From IMG/VR virus record IMGVR_UViG_3300033388_006651, positions 32,001-96,000 of that record: a stretch of DNA of 64,000 nucleotides; one strand, given 5' to 3'. The notes beneath the pieces are model-generated. The model ran no database searches and had not been told where the DNA came from. It saw only the letters and a list, made by a program, of their open reading frames with translations. Positions 10,283 through 19,154 of the stretch are shown in pieces. The position numbers and the translations under genes are program-made. This stretch comes from a virus. The first letter of the stretch is position 1, and each line of letters starts with the position of its first letter.

Positions 10283-11859
10283 ATGGTTCGTCTCTGGCAC
10301 GGGGACTGTCTCGAACGACTTCGAGATCTGTCTGATGGTGCTGTAGGGACGATCCTTTGTGATCCACCCTATGATTAGCAGACATCGCATTTATGTCAAA
10401 GGACTGGGATGACAACGACGTGCTGCGCAACGACAAGATCTGGCGGGAGTGTCTCCGAGTGCTGCGCCCTGACGGCATCTTCAAAGCGTTCGCGGCCACG
10501 CGGACCTATCACCGGTTGTGCCGCACCATCAAAACTGTAGGGTTCGTCGAGGTTCGGCTCGAGGCATGGCTGTACGGATGTCTCACCGACGATGCTGAAA
10601 TTCTGACTGAGAAAGGATGGGTGCCTGGTGTTGACGTGAAAATCGGAGACAAGGTGATGTGTTGGAGAAGCGATCTCGACGTGGCGGTGCTTATGCCTGT
10701 TGAGGACAAGACGCTTGCCCCTTTTGACGGTGATATGGTGGCTTTCGTTAATGACAACACGGATCAGTTGTTGACGCCCAACCACCGAGTCTACAAAAAA
10801 CATCGGTTCCGTAAACAGGTGGATGGGGTGCGTGTGTCTTCGCGTGAACCGGAGTGGACCGTAATGGAGGCGGCCGAGATTAATCGTTGGCAGCCCGTTC
10901 AACTGCCATTGGCAGCTTTCCACGAAGGACCGGGTTTGCAGAAGGACGAGTGGTATGCCGAACTCCTCGGCTGGGTTTGGACCGAGGGCGGTTTCGACAA
11001 GAACGGCACGGGGGTTCGCCTTTGGCAAAGCAGCGTGAACCCAGATCATGTTGATCTGATCAACACGCTTTTGGAAACCCATGTACCAGAGCATAAACAC
11101 TACGAACGAACTCGGAATTACAAGGGCCGCGACTACGTGGAACACTGCTGGTTTTTTTCCGGCGAACAAGCCCTACGTGTTCGCGGCGATTTGCCCGGTA
11201 AACATCCGACCTACGATTTGCTGTGGCGCATGACCCTTGAGGAGAAGGAAGCCTTTTCTCTCGCAGCCCTCCGCGGGGACGGAAGCAATGAGATCGTACT
11301 GTGGCAGAAGAACGAGGACGACCTTATATGGTACCAAACCCTTCTCCACATGACGGGACGACAGGGGCGGATCAATCTCCGAAAGTGGTGTTGTGGGGTC
11401 CACAACAATCCAACCACGGAGCTACAACAACGGCATCTCACTGCCGTGGACAAAGTTCCGTACAAGGGAAACGTGTGGTGCGTGAAAGTTCCGACCGGGG
11501 CTTTTTTCGCACGCCGCAATGGGCAGGTGTTCATCACAGGCAACTCCGGTTTTCCAAAATCCACGAACATTTCAAAAATGATCGACCGACAAGCCGGGGC
11601 TGAGCGAGAGGTTGTCGGCACCAAGCGTGGTGTCGGGGGCGAGAACATGAACGACATCGTGCACGGCAACGATGTCCGACAGACGACGGACGCTGGTGGC
11701 AAAGGGGTGGGGGCCTACGGCACCGGTGCCAAACAGGTCGCTGTGGATGTGCCGGTCACCATCCCTTTCACGGAGATGGCCAAATTGTGGGAGGGGTATG
11801 GAACTGGGCTTAAACCGGCTTGGGAAGCGGTGGTGTGCGGCCGAAAGAAATCGTCATGA
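10283..11859 (+). CDS. DNA methyltransferase N-terminal half (DPPY), frame interrupted by 8 nt at 10373-10380, with intein
   Basis: MVRLWHGDCLERL..ILCDPPYD* then, in another frame, DIAFMSKDWD..RVLRPDG..WLYG[intein]SGFPKS..LKPAWE. Confidence 0.8.
10579..11544 (+). mobile_element. Intein 3 in the methyltransferase WLYG/SGFPK site
   Basis: Starts CLTDDAEILT, TPNH block B, LLGWVWTEG, ends FITGN followed by Ser. Confidence 0.9.
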
Positions 11860-12095
11860 TGAAAGAGGACAATCGGGTGTTCGTTCGTGTTCGTGGAGGT
11901 TGGCGTGTGGTGGACCCCGGTTGTGCTCTTGACGTGATGCCCCCCGACGGGTGGCCAGATCTCTCCTACGCTCTTCGGACGTATTCGGATCTCGTCATCT
12001 GGCGTGGGAGAATCGTCAAAGATCGATGGAACCTTTTCAACCTCACTGAGTTTTTGGCTGAACTCCGTGAACAAGGGATTTCGGTCGAGTCATGA
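11856..12095 (+). CDS. Small hypothetical protein
   Basis: ATGA overlaps at both ends. Confidence 0.55.
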   Translation: MMKEDNRVFVRVRGGWRVVDPGCALDVMPPDGWPDLSYALRTYSDLVIWRGRIVKDRWNLFNLTEFLAELREQGISVES

Positions 12096-13555
12096 AAATC
12101 GTAACGGTCACTCGGAAGCCGTGCACGTCGTCGAGTACGACGGGCAACGTGGTCGAGCATGACGCTGGTGCGATCAACATCGAGGCGTCGCGCATTGGGT
12201 TCGCGGACGCGCAAGACTTGGCGGTAGTCAAGATGAAAAACCCCAGCAACGGTGGGGCCGAGGCTGCTACCTCAGCCGTGTACGGGGCGAAACGTCCGCA
12301 GGGAAAGGTCACGGAGACAGGGCGTTGGCCTGCGAACCTGATCCTTCAACACAAATCCGGATGCAAACGCGTCGGGACCACGACAGTTCCTGGCTACACC
12401 ATCAACCGCTGGACGGATGGTGCGAAACCGTTTGGAGGGGGCGCCGGACACGAGTACGAGAGTGAAAGGCAGCCGGATGAGGAGGTTCCTGTCTGGGAGT
12501 GCGAGGATGGATGCGCTGTCAGAGGACTCGATGGGAAATATACGCCACCGCCAAAAGCGGGGAACCGTAGAAAATCTCTGAGGGGTACCACTGACGGGGG
12601 GGTTTATGGGGCGTGGGGGCCGGTGAGCCATAACCCCGACTATTTCAAGGATGATAATGGCACCGCGTCTCGCTTCTTCAAACAGGTACAGGGAACGGAC
12701 ATGAACGATCTTTCTCCCGAACTCATCGACTACCTCACCACGATGATCTCACCACCGCCCGAGTGCGAGCCTTTGGTGCTCATCGAACTCAATCTCGATG
12801 ACGTGGCGTGGGAACAGTATGAAGACAGCTCCGTCCACGGCATCATCACCGTCGGCAACCCTGAGCCGCACATGGACGCCATCGATCGTGTCCTGCGACC
12901 CGGTGCCCATCTCCTTGTCATCGCGCCGGATGAGGAGCCCGCAGGGTACCCCGCTGCCTGTGCGATCGAAGACTTCGGCTACGAGATCCGGGACGCCATC
13001 GCATTGCTCGATGAGCCCGGTGGTTTCCACTACGTCGCCAAAGCCAGTTCAGCCGAACGCAACGCTGGCATCCTGCTCCATGAAACGGAGACGGGGCGGA
13101 AGGTCCAGAATGAGCATCCAACAGTTAAGAGTATCGGCGTGATGGAGGCCCTTCTCCATGATGTACCCAAGGGAGCCCTCGTCGTCGATCCTTTCATGGG
13201 ATCCGGGACCACGGGCATCGCCTGTCTTCATACGGGCCACAACTTCATCGGCATCGACCAGGACGAGAACTACCTGCGCATCGCCGACCAACGGATCCGT
13301 CACTGGGACCGCGCCAAGAATGCGTGGAACGGTGCGACGATCGAGTCCGAAGCTGAGTTCGAGGAATCCGAAGAGCCGATGGAGCTCGACGATTTGTTTG
13401 GGTTGGCGGTCGAGGACCCCACCCCTGTTGGAGACTGTCGAGTTTGCGGAGAGCGGGACGAGGAAGAGGAGATCAAAGAGGGCGGCGAACGATTTGAAGT
13501 CTGTTCCCAATGCGCAGCCGATCGACCTCGTGTCCGAGCTTTCCTTGCGAAGTGA
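12092..13555 (+). CDS. DNA methyltransferase C-terminal part (SAM-binding FxGxG), no intact DPPY
   Basis: GAINIEASRI, GRWPANLI, ASRFFK, HPTVKS, VVDPFMGSGTTG. Confidence 0.85.
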   Translation: MKIVTVTRKPCTSSSTTGNVVEHDAGAINIEASRIGFADAQDLAVVKMKNPSNGGAEAATSAVYGAKRPQGKVTETGRWPANLILQHKSGCKRVGTTTVPGYTINRWTDGAKPFGGGAGHEYESERQPDEEVPVWECEDGCAVRGLDGKYTPPPKAGNRRKSLRGTTDGGVYGAWGPVSHNPDYFKDDNGTASRFFKQVQGTDMNDLSPELIDYLTTMISPPPECEPLVLIELNLDDVAWEQYEDSSVHGIITVGNPEPHMDAIDRVLRPGAHLLVIAPDEEPAGYPAACAIEDFGYEIRDAIALLDEPGGFHYVAKASSAERNAGILLHETETGRKVQNEHPTVKSIGVMEALLHDVPKGALVVDPFMGSGTTGIACLHTGHNFIGIDQDENYLRIADQRIRHWDRAKNAWNGATIESEAEFEESEEPMELDDLFGLAVEDPTPVGDCRVCGERDEEEEIKEGGERFEVCSQCAADRPRVRAFLAK

Positions 13556-13558
13556 GCC

Positions 13559-13949
13559 ATGCGCATCGTAACCGTCGCCCGGAAGCCCTGTGAGTCCTCG
13601 AGCACGACCGCGAATGTGGCCGAGCATGAGGCCGGTGCGATCAACGTGGACGCTTGTCGGATAGGGGGACGCTTGTCAGGGGGACGCTTGTCGGATAGGG
13701 GGACGCTGGCCGGCCAACGTGATCGTGGTTGGCTCTGAACCTCAAGAGTTTCTGGATGCCCAGAGTGGTCAGCTCACAAGCGGCACGGGGACCGTGATGC
13801 GGGCTTCGTCGAAGGATAAACAAGGCAACCGGGGAATGGCTTACGGCGCTGAGAGCCGTCCTTACGGCGCTGTGATGGTCAGCTACGGGGACACCGGGGG
13901 AGCCTCCAGGTACTACAAATGCTTCGAGGACGGGGATCAGCCCGAATAG
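13559..13949 (+). pseudogene. Methyltransferase insert-module paralog frameshifted by a 34-nt tandem duplication
   Basis: MRIVTVARKPC..GAINVDACRIG / GRWPANVIV..ASRYY, paralogous to the start of 12092; repeat at 13649-13701. Confidence 0.7.
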
Positions 13950-14009
13950 CCGTCAACTGGGCTAGTTTCCAGGCTACGTCCGTTTCGTGAAAAGTCGGGT
14001 AAAACCAGC

Positions 14010-14573
14010 GTGAGCCAAACAGAAATGTACGTGGCGGGGCCGAACGGGGACGTGGAGTCCTACGCTGAGTTCAGAAATGCCCATGGAGGAGCGATGGCCG
14101 TGTGGCGCATCCTTTCCGAGAAGTACCTGAACGCGAAGGGCCCCGAGTTCATGATGCTGATGATGCAGGGGTTCAAGCCTCTGTTCGATCTGCACAAGCA
14201 GGGGAAGCTCGAGCCGTGGGAGGCCGTCGTTCTCACGACCACCTACGACAAGGTGTTCATCCCTATCGAACACGTCGCGTCGGTCGCATCCGCTTTCGAG
14301 AAATTCGTCGAGGTACACGGGCCTTCCCAAGAGGGGATGGTGTTCTCGATCCCGGAGCAGGCGAAGAACCTTCGTTTCATGCTGACCGAGGTCGAGGAGA
14401 AAGGCTGGCGGGGTGTCGGCTGGAACCAGAACTCGGTGAGCGAAGCGATCTGGCATGGGGATGGAGACACCCCCTACAACATCGACCGCGACACCAAACA
14501 CTGGGTCTGGCCCGAGAACAAAGCTGACCAGGAGGACGCGGAAGGCTCTTCGCGCGCTCCACGCGACGAGTAG
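14010..14573 (+). CDS. Hypothetical protein
   Basis: ORF with genome-typical codon use. Confidence 0.65.
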   Translation: MSQTEMYVAGPNGDVESYAEFRNAHGGAMAVWRILSEKYLNAKGPEFMMLMMQGFKPLFDLHKQGKLEPWEAVVLTTTYDKVFIPIEHVASVASAFEKFVEVHGPSQEGMVFSIPEQAKNLRFMLTEVEEKGWRGVGWNQNSVSEAIWHGDGDTPYNIDRDTKHWVWPENKADQEDAEGSSRAPRDE

Positions 14574-14649
14574 AGTGGTCTCTGAGCCTTCTTTTCACGA
14601 TTTGAGCCGAAATCGTGTGTAAAAAGGTCGAAAGGTCCGTGCACAAAGT

Positions 14650-16674
14650 ATGAGTAACCGCAAACAGCAGGAATTGGTCGAACGTATTGAGGAGATCGTC
14701 GCTGAGCTTAGGCCCGCGCGTTACGCCTATTACAACGACGATCCGATCATGTCGGACGCCGAGTACGACCTTCTCGAAGATGAGCTTCGGGAGGGCATGG
14801 ACGCGCTTCGGAAGATCGTCGAGAAGAAGACGTTTCTCGACTTGGTCAAGGATGTCGTGGTTTTCCTCAAGGGCGTCGGAGCCAAAGCGGCCAAGAAGAC
14901 CAAGTGGAAGACGGTCAAGCACAGCGCCCCGATGGGTTCGCTGATGAAGGTCAAGACCTCCGACGAATTCATCAAGTGGTACGCGGCTCTTACTCAAAAG
15001 ATCGCGAAGGCGAAGAGCGACGGTGACATCGACAAGGCTTCGTCCGAGCAGGTCGGCAGCGAGAAGCTGGACGGCATCTCCCTGAGCCTCAAGTACGTCA
15101 AGGGCAAGTTCGTCCAGGGCGTCACCCGTGGTGACGGCGAGGAGGGCGAGGACATCTCCCGCAACGTGCGTTTGATGAAGGGGTTCCAGGACAACGTGCG
15201 CGATCTGACCGGCATGGTCCGTGCGGAGATCATCCTCAAGAAGTCCGACCACAAGAAGTACCTCTCCGAATACAAGAACCCGCGCAACGCGGCCAGCGGT
15301 ATCGCCAAGCGCGAGTCAGATCCAGAGCCCTGCAAGCACCTCACGATCATCTGCTATCAGATCATCAGTGAAGAGCACGACATCACTTCCAAGTCGATGG
15401 AGTTCAAGATGCTCAAGGCGCTTGGGTTCCTCACCCCGAACTGGAAGATCTGCAAGACCCAGGACGCCGTGCTCAAGATGTACCAGGACTACATCGACGG
15501 GAAGCGCGAGAAGTTGGACTACGAGATCGACGGGTTGGTGTACGAGTGCAACATCCTCGCCATCATGGAGCACTTGGGCGAGCACGATGGCCGTCCCAAG
15601 GGCGCCCGTGCGTTCAAGTTCCCCCACGAGGAGCAGCCGACCCGGCTCCGCAAGATCGTGTGGCAGGTGGGCAAATCTGGCCGCGTGACGCCCGTCGCTT
15701 ACTTCGAGACTGTGGACCTCGTTGGAGCCAGCGTGAGCCAGGCGACGTTGCACAACATCAGCAACATCCACCGGCTCGCCGCCAAGTCTCCGCAGACTCT
15801 CATGGGGCTCGGCGATACCATTTTGGTGTCCCGTCGGGGCGACGTGATCCCCCAAGTCGAGAAGGTGATCAAGGCATCGAAGAATGCCCGCTACCTCGTG
15901 CCCACCGAGTGTCCTTCGTGTGACACGAAACTCAAGATGAAAGGCGAGTACCTCATGTGCGGCAACGGGGCTCGGTGCCCGGCGCAGCAGAGCGGCTCCA
16001 TCAAGCGTTGGGTCGAGAAGCTCGACATCAAGGACTGGGGCGGGACGCTCATCGAGGCCCTGTGCGAGAACGGGATGGTCGTCACCATCGCCGACCTCTA
16101 CGGGCTCGACGAGGACGCGCTGGCTGCGGTGACGCTCTCCGGCAAGAGGGTCGGCAAGAGCACGGCCAAGAAGGTCATGAAGAACCTGCGGGCCAAGATG
16201 GAATTGCCCATTGGGGACTTCGTCGGCTCCCTGGGCATCGACCTGTGGGGACGTTCCATGGTCAAGCTCCTGGCGGCAGCCGGCATCGACACCATCGAGA
16301 AGATGGAAGATGCCGCCGTTGGGGACATCGCTCGCATCCCGCGTGTCGGTGAGACCAAGGCCGTCGCGTTCGTCAACGGCTTCGGTCGGCGCAAGAAACT
16401 GATCGATGACCTCCTGGCTGCTGGCGTCACCGTCAAAGCGCCCATCGTCGGCGGCAAATTGTCCGGGGTGTCCTTCTGCTTCACCGGAGTGCGCGACAAG
16501 CCGCTCATGGTGGACCTCGAGAACGCTGGCGCCACGGTGAAGGGGAGCGTTGGGAGCGGCCTGACCTACCTTGTGGTAAAGTCCAAGACCTCCTCTTCGG
16601 CCAAAATGAAGAAGGCCAAGGCGCAAGGGACTTCGATCGTGACCCTTGATGAGGCAAAGGCTCTTCTCCGATGA
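14650..16674 (+). CDS. ligA: NAD-dependent DNA ligase
   Basis: YY...P..SDAEYD, EKLDG, TRGDG, EIDG, RRGDVIP, Cys4 Zn finger, HhH, C-terminal BRCT. Confidence 0.95.
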   Translation: MSNRKQQELVERIEEIVAELRPARYAYYNDDPIMSDAEYDLLEDELREGMDALRKIVEKKTFLDLVKDVVVFLKGVGAKAAKKTKWKTVKHSAPMGSLMKVKTSDEFIKWYAALTQKIAKAKSDGDIDKASSEQVGSEKLDGISLSLKYVKGKFVQGVTRGDGEEGEDISRNVRLMKGFQDNVRDLTGMVRAEIILKKSDHKKYLSEYKNPRNAASGIAKRESDPEPCKHLTIICYQIISEEHDITSKSMEFKMLKALGFLTPNWKICKTQDAVLKMYQDYIDGKREKLDYEIDGLVYECNILAIMEHLGEHDGRPKGARAFKFPHEEQPTRLRKIVWQVGKSGRVTPVAYFETVDLVGASVSQATLHNISNIHRLAAKSPQTLMGLGDTILVSRRGDVIPQVEKVIKASKNARYLVPTECPSCDTKLKMKGEYLMCGNGARCPAQQSGSIKRWVEKLDIKDWGGTLIEALCENGMVVTIADLYGLDEDALAAVTLSGKRVGKSTAKKVMKNLRAKMELPIGDFVGSLGIDLWGRSMVKLLAAAGIDTIEKMEDAAVGDIARIPRVGETKAVAFVNGFGRRKKLIDDLLAAGVTVKAPIVGGKLSGVSFCFTGVRDKPLMVDLENAGATVKGSVGSGLTYLVVKSKTSSSAKMKKAKAQGTSIVTLDEAKALLR

Positions 16675-16675
16675 A

Positions 16676-16942
16676 ATGTCCGATTTGCTACCCATGCGTC
16701 GTGACGAGGGGCGTCCGGGTCTCTACCGTGACTCCGAGAACGGCAAACTCGGCGGGGTGTGTTCTGGCGTCGCCCGTTGGACGGGCGTCCCTTCTGTGGT
16801 CTGGCGCCTCATATTCGCAGCAATGTTCTTCGGGTGGGGTACTGGGCTCGTGTTGTACGTGCTCCTGTGGTTCCTCATGGACGATCCCCCGAAGCCGACG
16901 CAGCCAGCGCTCCGCAGTTCAACCGTCGAAGCTCTGTATTGA
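16676..16942 (+). CDS. PspC-domain membrane protein
   Basis: LYRDSENGKLGGVCSGVA..VWRL plus a hydrophobic helix. Confidence 0.8.
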   Translation: MSDLLPMRRDEGRPGLYRDSENGKLGGVCSGVARWTGVPSVVWRLIFAAMFFGWGTGLVLYVLLWFLMDDPPKPTQPALRSSTVEALY

Positions 16943-16951
16943 GGTGAACCT

Positions 16952-17299
16952 ATGGCATTTGGAAAAATAGACCAACGCGCGTACAAAAAAGCACTGCATG
17001 AGGCGGTCGATAGCTATTCAGGAGTGCCGTCAGTTAGCGACGTTCTGGACAAGATGGCCAGGGCAGAAAAGGAGCACCCGAACTACCTCAACAACGAGAC
17101 GGTCCGTGACAGCCTTCACAAATATCTCCTCGCGCACAATGCACCTCGCGCAAAGAAGTTCGTGGATCACCTCCCGGACACGACGGCGGCCCCTTGGGTT
17201 GTGGCATCGATGATGGCGGGAATGGCGGTGCTCGCTTTTGGGGCAATCGCCCTTGTTGTCGGGTTGGCGATTTTCCTGTTTCAGTATTTTTTCGGCTAG
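16952..17299 (+). CDS. Hypothetical membrane protein
   Basis: GAGGTG SD; C-terminal hydrophobic helix. Confidence 0.6.
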   Translation: MAFGKIDQRAYKKALHEAVDSYSGVPSVSDVLDKMARAEKEHPNYLNNETVRDSLHKYLLAHNAPRAKKFVDHLPDTTAAPWVVASMMAGMAVLAFGAIALVVGLAIFLFQYFFG

Positions 17300-17368
17300 G
17301 CCGGATCGAACTCAGCGTTTCGTGAAAAGATGAGCGTGGCACGGCTGCGCCTATAGAACCCCCTTCTT

Positions 17369-18067
17369 GTGACTTCCTACCTTACGGTGGGGCGACGCCC
17401 ACCGAGGGGGTACAAGAAGAGCATGAAGCTCGCGGACGCATACGAACGGCTCCAATGGGGCGCCCCGTTGTCATTTGAGCGAGCTGCGCTCGGGGGCGAG
17501 AACGACGCGCCGACGTTTCCTCGTGGGATCGGCACGTCGGTCCACATGTTGATCGAGCTCTACCTCGACATACACCGGAGCCGAACCTCTCAGTTCGGAC
17601 GCCCATATTTCCTGGTTCGGTGTCTGTCCTCAGGACAAGGGAGAGAGCTACGAGACTGGCTGTCGAGAATCCATCACAGGCTCGATCTCGACGTGGACCT
17701 CGACCGTGTCCGGTTTTCCCCTACGAGTGGGGGTACCGAGAGGATTCGTGGGGAGATTTGGTATTCGTGGGCCATTTTCTGCGATCACTCGGTCAAGGAA
17801 GAGGACACCGTTGGGGCCGATCGTAACGTGGGACCTTACGGTCTCATCCGTCGTCTCGAGCCAGACAACTCTCGCATCCGTCCGTTTTGGAGAGCCTATG
17901 ATCGTGATGACCGGTATATCGGTGCGCTCACCGACAACGGCAAAAGCGATCTGATGGATACGGCAACGTGTCCCATCACGTTGGGAGGCACGCGGCCAAC
18001 GACGTACCCGGCGGCTTTCCTGGGAACCGATGTGAGTGTCCGTCTCCGAAAGGCGTTTGCTCGATGA
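17369..18067 (+). CDS. Hypothetical protein (alternative start 17423)
   Basis: ORF; stop overlaps the next ATG. Confidence 0.5.
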   Translation: MTSYLTVGRRPPRGYKKSMKLADAYERLQWGAPLSFERAALGGENDAPTFPRGIGTSVHMLIELYLDIHRSRTSQFGRPYFLVRCLSSGQGRELRDWLSRIHHRLDLDVDLDRVRFSPTSGGTERIRGEIWYSWAIFCDHSVKEEDTVGADRNVGPYGLIRRLEPDNSRIRPFWRAYDRDDRYIGALTDNGKSDLMDTATCPITLGGTRPTTYPAAFLGTDVSVRLRKAFAR

Positions 18068-18663
18068 GCTTCGAGCGCATGCGTGCCCGTGCGGAACGGG
18101 TCAAGACCGAGTGCGATCTCGGAACTCTTTTGCAGGATTACGGCTACGCCGTTTTCTCCGACCGCCATCGGGAGCAGCAGTTCTCGTGTGACCTGCACGG
18201 CGTGGACAACAGCCCGTCGGCTCGTCTCTACGGCCACAACAACACGACCTACTGCTGGGCCTGTGGGAAGACCCGAGACCCTATCTCCTACGTGATCGAG
18301 AAGGAGCTCCTGAACTTCCGGGGTGCCGTGGAGTATCTCGAAAAGAAGATGGGGCTCCCTCCTCTTCCCTGGTCCGATGACCACGAACGTCCCGTCACCG
18401 TCGAGGATGAGATCAGCAAGATCGAGAAGACCTCGACGACCGTCACCTACGCGCAAGCCAAACAGCGCCTGGGCAAGTTCCTGGAGTCGCTGACTACCGA
18501 CCGTGATATGGGTTCAAGCTCTCTCCTCTCGTTCTGGGAGGTGTACGACCGGGTGGACTACGGCGTGGCTCGAGAGAACTGGGAGGAGCACAAAGGTGCG
18601 GCGGCGATGGAGGGGTTGCGGGAGCGTGTCATGAAGAAACTCCAGGAGGTGTCGGGGCAGTGA
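18064..18663 (+). CDS. Stand-alone primase CHC2 zinc-binding-domain protein
   Basis: CDLH..DNSPS..YCWACG..DPISYV..LNFRGAV; no TOPRIM domain. Confidence 0.75.
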   Translation: MSFERMRARAERVKTECDLGTLLQDYGYAVFSDRHREQQFSCDLHGVDNSPSARLYGHNNTTYCWACGKTRDPISYVIEKELLNFRGAVEYLEKKMGLPPLPWSDDHERPVTVEDEISKIEKTSTTVTYAQAKQRLGKFLESLTTDRDMGSSSLLSFWEVYDRVDYGVARENWEEHKGAAAMEGLRERVMKKLQEVSGQ

Positions 18664-19115
18664 TCACGGGCATGCGTTACGCCATGATCCAGGACCCCGA
18701 TCGCTTCCGCATAGTTCCGGTGCTTTACCCGACGCCGTTGCCCGACAATCTATGGGGAGTCCTCCTTCCGTTGCGCGATACCGTCTGGGGCGCGCAGATT
18801 CCGACCGTCACTGGGGAGGCGTTATCACATGCGTTGCATGGCGACCCGAAGGCGTTTCTTGAAATGTTGGGGCGCCCACCTCGAGGCCGACCGTTACGTT
18901 TGGAGATGGAGGATCGCAGGTGCATCGAAGCCCAACACGAAACGTGCGCCCTGGCGGGATCGCACTGCGTACCAGGGTCGGGCAAATTGCCCGATTGCTA
19001 CCTCGCACCCTACGAAGATCCCACGCTGAGACTCCTGGCGGTCACTGTGGGCCGGGCGTGGGACGAGGGGCGCGCGGTATTCGTCGTAGAGGGCCCTGAG
19101 TTTATGGTTCGGTGA
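18660..19115 (+). CDS. Hypothetical protein
   Basis: GTGA overlap. Confidence 0.55.
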   Translation: MITGMRYAMIQDPDRFRIVPVLYPTPLPDNLWGVLLPLRDTVWGAQIPTVTGEALSHALHGDPKAFLEMLGRPPRGRPLRLEMEDRRCIEAQHETCALAGSHCVPGSGKLPDCYLAPYEDPTLRLLAVTVGRAWDEGRAVFVVEGPEFMVR

Positions 19116-19154
19116 ATTCCGGGGAGTAGAACCTCCGAGCGAGAGGACCCACCG

